DNA of 64,000 bases, taken from NCBI RefSeq assembly GCF_011745625.1, contig NW_027191498.1, positions 62,001 to 126,000 of the forward strand, given 5' to 3'. This document shows positions 57,624-64,000 of the stretch, piece after piece (the first letter of the stretch is position 1; every line of letters starts with the position of its first letter). The notes under the pieces were generated by a model, which did no database searches, was not told the DNA's origin, and worked only from the letters and a program-made list of their open reading frames with translations. The translations under genes were made by a program, and so were the position numbers. The DNA comes from Cladosporium halotolerans. Lineage: Eukaryota.

Positions 57624-58314
57624 CTCGGAGTTGTTCCGCATGCCATCGTCCACGACCTCAACCACCGGTCTAGCGGGTCTCGCTGACTCTCTTAGGCTTG
57701 CTTAGTGATATGGTGCGATGGTGCACAGTGGTGAGTCAACCGTTAACATGAGCTATCACAAGATATCACACGGCCTGGAACCATCTTTCATGCGTTGTGC
57801 TCCCAACCGACTCGGTGGACCGATGTCGAGGGAGAACAGACAGTACTGTGACGTCGTGTGGCCATTTGCAGGGATGAGAACCCCTGTGAGCGACATTCGA
57901 CGTGTCAAAGGGCACGTGGTGCATGTCCGCATGTGGTTTCAATACCAGCCATGTTTGCGTGACCAGTAATATCTGCTCTTCAGGGGCAGTTCTCGCGCTA
58001 CCTCGTGGCGTCTATCACGACAATGCACTGCTAGCCTCTACGAACGGGGACATGGTAAGGCTACTTTGTGGAGCAGCGTCTTGTCCGAGTCCCGTGGCAA
58101 CCAACCAGCAAGGCGATGCTTCATCTTCGGGTGTTCATGCTTGTCTTAACCATGCCGTTGGCCGAAGATCGCTTGATATCACGCCTGGTAGAATGAGAGT
58201 TCGACGTCGTAAGGAATAGAAGCCCCAGCCCCACGCAAACGTGTGTCGTTCTCAGGATTATTCCAAAAGATGATCAGGTGTCAAGGATGTGGTACCACTA
58301 CATGTATCTGAGAG

Positions 58315-59762
58315 CTACTCCAGCTTAACCAACCAACCATCTCCCTCCCTCTCGCCCTTGGCATTCACGCCACCCCAGATCATGATAGTAGCGCCATCTT
58401 TCAGCACATCACACCCAAATGACGCACGAGGCCCAGGATGGACCTTGCCAGCCTCACCATCACCCAGCTTCTCCAGCGCAGGCGGCTGAATGTCGACTTC
58501 AGCCCAGGCATCGGTTCCAGTGTCCGCCTTGAACGCAGACCGAATGCTATCCTTGATCGCGGCGGGGCGAAGAGTCTCGGACCATGAAGCCTTGCGACCT
58601 GGTGTGACCGAGGGGAGCTGCAGAGTCCAAAGGTCAGGGTATTGAGTTGGCTCGGAGGATGCTGCCGGCTGCGATTCGGTGGCAGCTGCGGAGGAGTCTG
58701 AAGCAGAGGGTTCCTGAGCGGACTTGCTCTCTGCGCCGGATGGCGATGCGCCGAAGAAGTGCAAGAGGTAGTGTCGTCCGTGTCCGGTTGTCATCGGCAG
58801 CAGGCCGCCGGCGACGCGCGGTTCGGGCGATGAAACCAATGGATTAGTGGGGAATGAGCGAGTCGTCCAAGCAGAAGGGCTCGAGGGATTGATGGCTGAT
58901 GAGATAGGCAAAGCATGGACGTAGCCACTCAAGCCATCGGTATCAGGGCCGATTACGAGAAGCCAGAGTACACCGGTAGCGAGGGAAGCGTTGGTGTTGG
59001 CCTGGGGAGCGTCTGGCAAGCGAGTCCATGTCTTGTTTGCGTACGAGAAGTGCCACGTATCTTTCAAGGGCTCGCCAGTCTTGCCGAAACCACCATGCAG
59101 AACAAGGTCGTTGTTGCAATCAAAGAGCTTGCCTTCCGTCCTAGGTTCAGGGACCTCCTGCTCGCCCAGCTTAGGGCCGATGAACTCCCAAGTCGACTTT
59201 GCGGTGTTGAACAACCAAATACGACCCTTCTCGTCAATGGCATCGCCCTGCGCATCACGACCACTGAATACGGCGACGCATACGTTGAAAGCGCATGCTG
59301 CATGTCTGGTCCTGGCTACAGGGACGCTGTTTGAGTCGTCTTCCGAAGCAGCTGGTGCCTCGCCACCTGTCGACCCTGCTGGTAACGCCGGCAAGAGAGC
59401 ATACTGTGACTCGCCTTGCTTCTCGAGCTCTTCGGACGAGAGCAAAGAGATGACGTGGATTTCCGTCGTAGCGAGCTGACTCTCGCCGGTCTCACCGCCA
59501 AAGATGAATGCCTTGTCCCCAACAATCGTCAAGCTATGATTCGACCTGGCGAGCGATGCTCTGAGATGGATCAGCGAACGCACTCGAACAAGATGTGGGA
59601 TCCATATTACCTCGTTTCGTCATCCGGTGCTGATGCGATCTGAGTGAACGTTCCTTTCAAGGGCATTGTCGGTTGTGACACCATGTATGCGGCTACACCA
59701 GCTTGAACGCCAGTCGAGACGACTTCTTCAGCAGCCCATGCCCCGGCTGCTATTTCCGCCAT
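58315..59762 (-). CDS. Kelch-repeat beta-propeller protein, 2 exons
   Basis: MAEIAAGAWAAEEVVSTGV..PTMPLKGTFTQI; kelch repeats ARSNHSLTIVGDKAFIFGGE, LVLHGG..TWHF..WTRLP, HPGPRASFG..IWGGVNAKGEREGDGW. Confidence 0.9.
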
Positions 59763-60421
59763 TTTCGAGTAGGCTGACGGAGTTCTTCTATAGTACTCTG
59801 TTGTAGAGTCTCACGCACACCCCCTTCTTTAGAAGCAAGGGATAGGACACGAGTTGTAGTGACGGATCTCGAACGGAATGCGAGAAAGGGCGTGTCTCCA
59901 ATGATGTAAATGTGTTAAGCCCTCAAAACCTGTGAATCATTAATCAATTGTAACATGAATAGTCTACAAGGAGTCCCCAAGCATGACAGGTTGGATTGAG
60001 CATTGAAGCCGTGCTGGCTGCATGATGTAATGCCTAAAGACGAGACAAGGTTTAAGGTTCTCCGCAACGCCGGGAGTGCCCGCTGCGCGGAGAGAGCCAA
60101 ATCCACCTCCCGCCTGCCGCTTGTCCATCGGCGCACGCAGCGAGACGACCACCCCGATCATCACCCCGCTAGCGCGCATCCCCGACGCCCTCTGGCATGC
60201 CGCGCGCGCACCGGGCATCCAACATTGCGAATTGGTACGCCGAATACGAGGAGACGATTTCTACGACTATCCTACTACGCGCACGAAGGCCGAGGCGCAC
60301 ACGCGCTGTCTGGCCGACGCACGCGCACCACCACGCTCGCTTCTTGGACTACGACTCAGTCGAGTCTCACGGCGCGAACTACCCATTCGTTACTCACAAC
60401 TAATCCATCACCGACATCATT

Positions 60422-63133
60422 ATGGCGGCTCCTCAAGTCGCTCGCCCGGCCCCAGCGCCTCGCCGTCGCGACCCTCCTCGACCTTCAATATCCACCAAGC
60501 GCAGCGCTCCCAGCGACTCTGCTGCCCCAGACCAAATAGCGAAAAAGCGAAAGCTGAGCGAGCCATATGTCCGCGATAGCCAATACATCCTGCGCAAGCA
60601 CAAAAACAAGCCACCGTCCCTGGTCATCCACCTTCACCCTACCCATTTTCGCTTCGAGAACCAAGATGGCAGCTTCGCCTACGACTCGCCAATGCGCTTT
60701 GTGCTCCAGCACCTCAAGCGTCAGACTGTGCCACACGAAATACTGGAAGATCTGCTGGCGGCGAAAGTGCAGTTTTACGACGGATGCCTAATTGTGGAAG
60801 TACACAACCATCGCGGCGCTGGAGGGAAGAAGCAGGGCCCACGGGATAAGAGCGCAGACAAGGACAAATTCTCTATGCACGGCTACAATGAGCATATTAC
60901 ACCCTCGCCTTACGCACCGTTTCCTAGTAAGGAGCAAGCTGCTGCTGAGGCGTACACACCGGAGAAAGCAAGTGACAATACGCCAGAGCGCCCTAAAGGT
61001 AGCGAAAAGCAGGGTCCGCGCGTCTCGACAATCGTGTTGCATCCTACCGAGCAGACCAAGCATGAAGAAGTCATGATTCTCGCTCGCACCCCAATGTCAG
61101 AAATTCGGAAGAACAAGAATGCAGGTGATTCAACGGCATCAGATGCTCAAGAAGGTGGCTCACAATCGAAAGCGCCGACGACACCTGGGGCGGCTTCAAT
61201 TTCACAGTCGGAGAAGATGGCTATGGACCAAAGCGAACTTTACAGCTTCCAAGCTGAGCAGCTCGTCACGACTGAGCCACCTCTTTGTTTGGATGTCGCA
61301 AAAGATGCGGAAGAGTCTCAGGCCATCCTAGACCTTCTTGCTCACCCCTTGCACTCCGGCCAGCCGCCTGCACCAAGAGAGCGGAAGAGAACTACAGCAG
61401 AAATGGCTGCCGACGATGCACAGGCGGCTGAGGCTGAGCGTAGAATGCTCATCATGGACGAGCGCATCAAGCCTTCAGCACGGACTGCTGCCGGCGCTGC
61501 AGCAAGCGACAACCAATCAGCTGCGGCGTCCCTTGGTTTCTCGCGCTTCAAGACGATTGAGATGGTCCGGCAAAATCACGAGAAAGCCGAGCGCGAGAAG
61601 AAAGAGGAAGAGGCTCGCGCGGCCGTGGAAAAACGGCAGTTCGAGGAGCAGGCAGCACAGCAGCAGAAGATGCTACAGGCACAGAAGCAACGCGAAATGC
61701 TGATGCAGCAGCAGCACCTCAAGCAGAGACAAATGGCTGCACAACAACAAGCCGAGATGTTACGCCAGCAGCAGATCTCGCAGCAAGCCAACATGATGCA
61801 AGGTCATGGGCACCCGGGCCAGAACAACATGATGCAAAACCAGCAGCAGGGCAATTTCCAAAATCCCCAGATGGCTGGCGTGCAAGGAAGCCCTGTGCCT
61901 CGGCAGCAATCGCAGACGCCCATGATGCAGTCAAGTCCTATGGCTCAGCAAGGTGGCTTCCCTATGGCGCCACAGGCTTCAAACACTGGTGCTGGAAGCC
62001 CACCTCGTCCGGCTTCCGCTACTATGCAGCACCCGGGAGTGGCAATGGCAAGGAATGCAAGCCAGCAAGCTTCAGGCAGCCGCAACCACACCCCTCAGAT
62101 GGCAAACACACCATCCATGGCTCAAGCGATGCCAGGGAGGCAAACTTCTCAGACTCCGCGCATGCAGCCAGGCAGCCCCGCTGTGGGAATGGCGCAGAAC
62201 ACACCGAATGGCCTCATGATGCAAAACGGTGGTCAGAACTTGACGCCCGAGCAGTTAGCTCTGCTTCAGGCGCAGAGAAATCTGAACTCGGGCCAAGGTA
62301 TGATGCAGGCCGGCAACGGAGCAAGCATGACCCCACAGGAAATCCAATTCACTCAACAGATGGCGAGACTCCAATCATTGCGGGCTCAGAGCAGTGCGCA
62401 GTACCAGCAATTCAATGCCATGGGTGACCCTGCGCGTGCGCAACAAGAGCGACAGCGTATCATTACGATCAGTCAAAACATGAAACAATTGCAGCAGGCG
62501 CATGCGCAAAGACAAATGGCCGGCAATGCTGGCAGTCCAGGCATGGGAATGCAGCAACAGACGCCACAAGTAGGACACGCCCACCCTGGTATGCAACAGC
62601 AGGGACAGCAACAAGGACAGCAGCAGGGTAATAACATGCTACACCAGCAGCAAGCAATGGCCCAGCAACAATTCGCTCAACAACAGCGACAAGGTCATGC
62701 ACAGCTGCAAGCACTTATTCAGCGCCACGGTGGAACCATCCCTCAAGACGTTCTTGCCACGATGCCTGCGCATCTCAAGTCGCTTTTACACCAACAGCAA
62801 ATGAAGCAGCAGCAGGCGCGAGCCCAAGCGCAAGCTCAGGCCCGGATGCAAGGTCAGCATCAACAGCAGCAGCAACATCAAGGTGGCCAAGTTGGAAACG
62901 AGCAATACGTGCAACACCTACAGCGCATGCAGAATCAATTGGGTATGCAGATGGGGCAACCGCAACAGCAACAGACTCCTGGAGGCAACATGGGCATGCA
63001 AATGGGCATGAACAACATGCAGCAGTTCGGTGGTCAACAGCAGCAGCAAGGCCAAGGCCAAGGCGATCCGCTTCAGGCACAATTTGCGGCTATGGCAAAC
63101 GCTTTGCAGCGGGGCGGGCAAGGCATGCAGTAG
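60422..63133 (+). CDS. SPT20: SAGA complex subunit Spt20 with Gln-rich C-terminus
   Basis: YILRKH..PPSLVIHLHPTHFRFENQDGSFAYDSPM..VPHEILEDL..FYDGCLIVEVHNHR, IVLHPT, EAERRMLIMDER. Confidence 0.95.
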   Translation: MAAPQVARPAPAPRRRDPPRPSISTKRSAPSDSAAPDQIAKKRKLSEPYVRDSQYILRKHKNKPPSLVIHLHPTHFRFENQDGSFAYDSPMRFVLQHLKRQTVPHEILEDLLAAKVQFYDGCLIVEVHNHRGAGGKKQGPRDKSADKDKFSMHGYNEHITPSPYAPFPSKEQAAAEAYTPEKASDNTPERPKGSEKQGPRVSTIVLHPTEQTKHEEVMILARTPMSEIRKNKNAGDSTASDAQEGGSQSKAPTTPGAASISQSEKMAMDQSELYSFQAEQLVTTEPPLCLDVAKDAEESQAILDLLAHPLHSGQPPAPRERKRTTAEMAADDAQAAEAERRMLIMDERIKPSARTAAGAAASDNQSAAASLGFSRFKTIEMVRQNHEKAEREKKEEEARAAVEKRQFEEQAAQQQKMLQAQKQREMLMQQQHLKQRQMAAQQQAEMLRQQQISQQANMMQGHGHPGQNNMMQNQQQGNFQNPQMAGVQGSPVPRQQSQTPMMQSSPMAQQGGFPMAPQASNTGAGSPPRPASATMQHPGVAMARNASQQASGSRNHTPQMANTPSMAQAMPGRQTSQTPRMQPGSPAVGMAQNTPNGLMMQNGGQNLTPEQLALLQAQRNLNSGQGMMQAGNGASMTPQEIQFTQQMARLQSLRAQSSAQYQQFNAMGDPARAQQERQRIITISQNMKQLQQAHAQRQMAGNAGSPGMGMQQQTPQVGHAHPGMQQQGQQQGQQQGNNMLHQQQAMAQQQFAQQQRQGHAQLQALIQRHGGTIPQDVLATMPAHLKSLLHQQQMKQQQARAQAQAQARMQGQHQQQQQHQGGQVGNEQYVQHLQRMQNQLGMQMGQPQQQQTPGGNMGMQMGMNNMQQFGGQQQQQGQGQGDPLQAQFAAMANALQRGGQGMQ

Positions 63134-63169
63134 GATGCTGCTCTTGCTCAGCTGCCGAACGAGGGCGTC

Positions 63170-63574
63170 ATGAACGCTCCTAATGACCTACAAGTGAGCG
63201 CGGCCGAAGGCTACAACTGGTCTCCTCAGCAAGACTCCACGGGTCCTTCTTCTCCTACGCTGAACAATCATGTCCATAGCCATCCGGTCAAAATCGGAGG
63301 CGGACAGACGCCCAGAGCGCCCGTAGTACCTATGCGCACACCTGCCAGTATCGCCGCCACCTCACAGTACATTCCACCAAACGATCTGTCTTCGCCTGGA
63401 TTGGCTTCTACGGTGCGAACAGCAGATGCTGGATACAGGTCAAGGCGCGAGCCTACTCCACTTGGCGCTGCGCTGAGAGCCACGGTCAGGGCTGAAGCAC
63501 CAGATATTGAACAAACGACAGGAAGCTCAAACGGTATCGCTGGGAATGATGAATCCATCCAAGGCTGGTTCTAG
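63170..63574 (+). other. 134-aa ORF in frame with, and 36 nt after, the SPT20 stop codon
   Basis: Same frame as SPT20 with no stop between 63134 and 63571. Confidence 0.4.
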
Positions 63575-64000
63575 CGTGGCCAACGACCGTAGCGAATTTA
63601 GAAGACGGCGAAACGATGCATCCATCGTTCAATTTTTTTGTTGAAGATTGGGTCAGGCTCTGTTGATGAAGCATTTTGACAGGAAGAGAATTGGAAGCTG
63701 TTTATCAATAATTTTGCTCCAGGCCAATTTTCGGTAATCCTAGGTTGGAGAATTGTATTGGTAGATCGGGGCCATTACCTACAGAATCACGCTGAAGCTC
63801 ACATTGTATTCTGTCGTCTGCAATTTCCAGCCGACCGTTGTCAGTAACACTGCGTATCACACAATCTATTATATACCAGTCGACTCGTTTCTTATCGCCC
63901 TTGTGTTCTACGACGAACCTCGGGTTGGACAGTCAATGATGCGCGTGACGATCCCCCACGCCCACTTTCTGGCCAGTTTTGCTTCCGCTAACTCCAATGA

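Overview
This is eukaryotic, intron-containing DNA from a filamentous ascomycete. Short GT..CTRAC..YAG introns and the gene content suggest a Dothideomycete, possibly Mycosphaerellales-like (inference). Most of the window is housekeeping genes: MAP1, RAV2, a WW-domain protein, PAN3, PEX16, BET1, SNRNP27, COG1-like, a GATase, RRP36, RCF2, an AT-hook protein, SET2, POP8, SPT4, PPT1, a kelch protein and SPT20. There are two accessory patches. The first (about 8.7-14.8 kb) holds a flavin monooxygenase pseudogene, a secreted FAD oxidase and a Pth11-like membrane protein. The second (about 48.6-57.6 kb) holds an F-box-like orphan, an SDR, an S1/P1 nuclease, a GFA protein and a Kex2-processed repeat precursor; the last three lie between two copies of a ~220-bp foldback MITE-like element. 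Best leads: (1) a ~280-nt structured, B-box-containing, T-run-terminated candidate Pol III ncRNA at ~20.78-21.06 kb (minus) that I cannot assign to a known class; (2) the 18-segment secreted peptide precursor; (3) the foldback elements with co-varying ends; (4) long in-frame extensions past the SPT20 stop and before the PAN3 start; (5) repeated C-rich to G-rich skew inversions independent of gene orientation. Exon boundaries and all family assignments were made by eye; no database searches were run.
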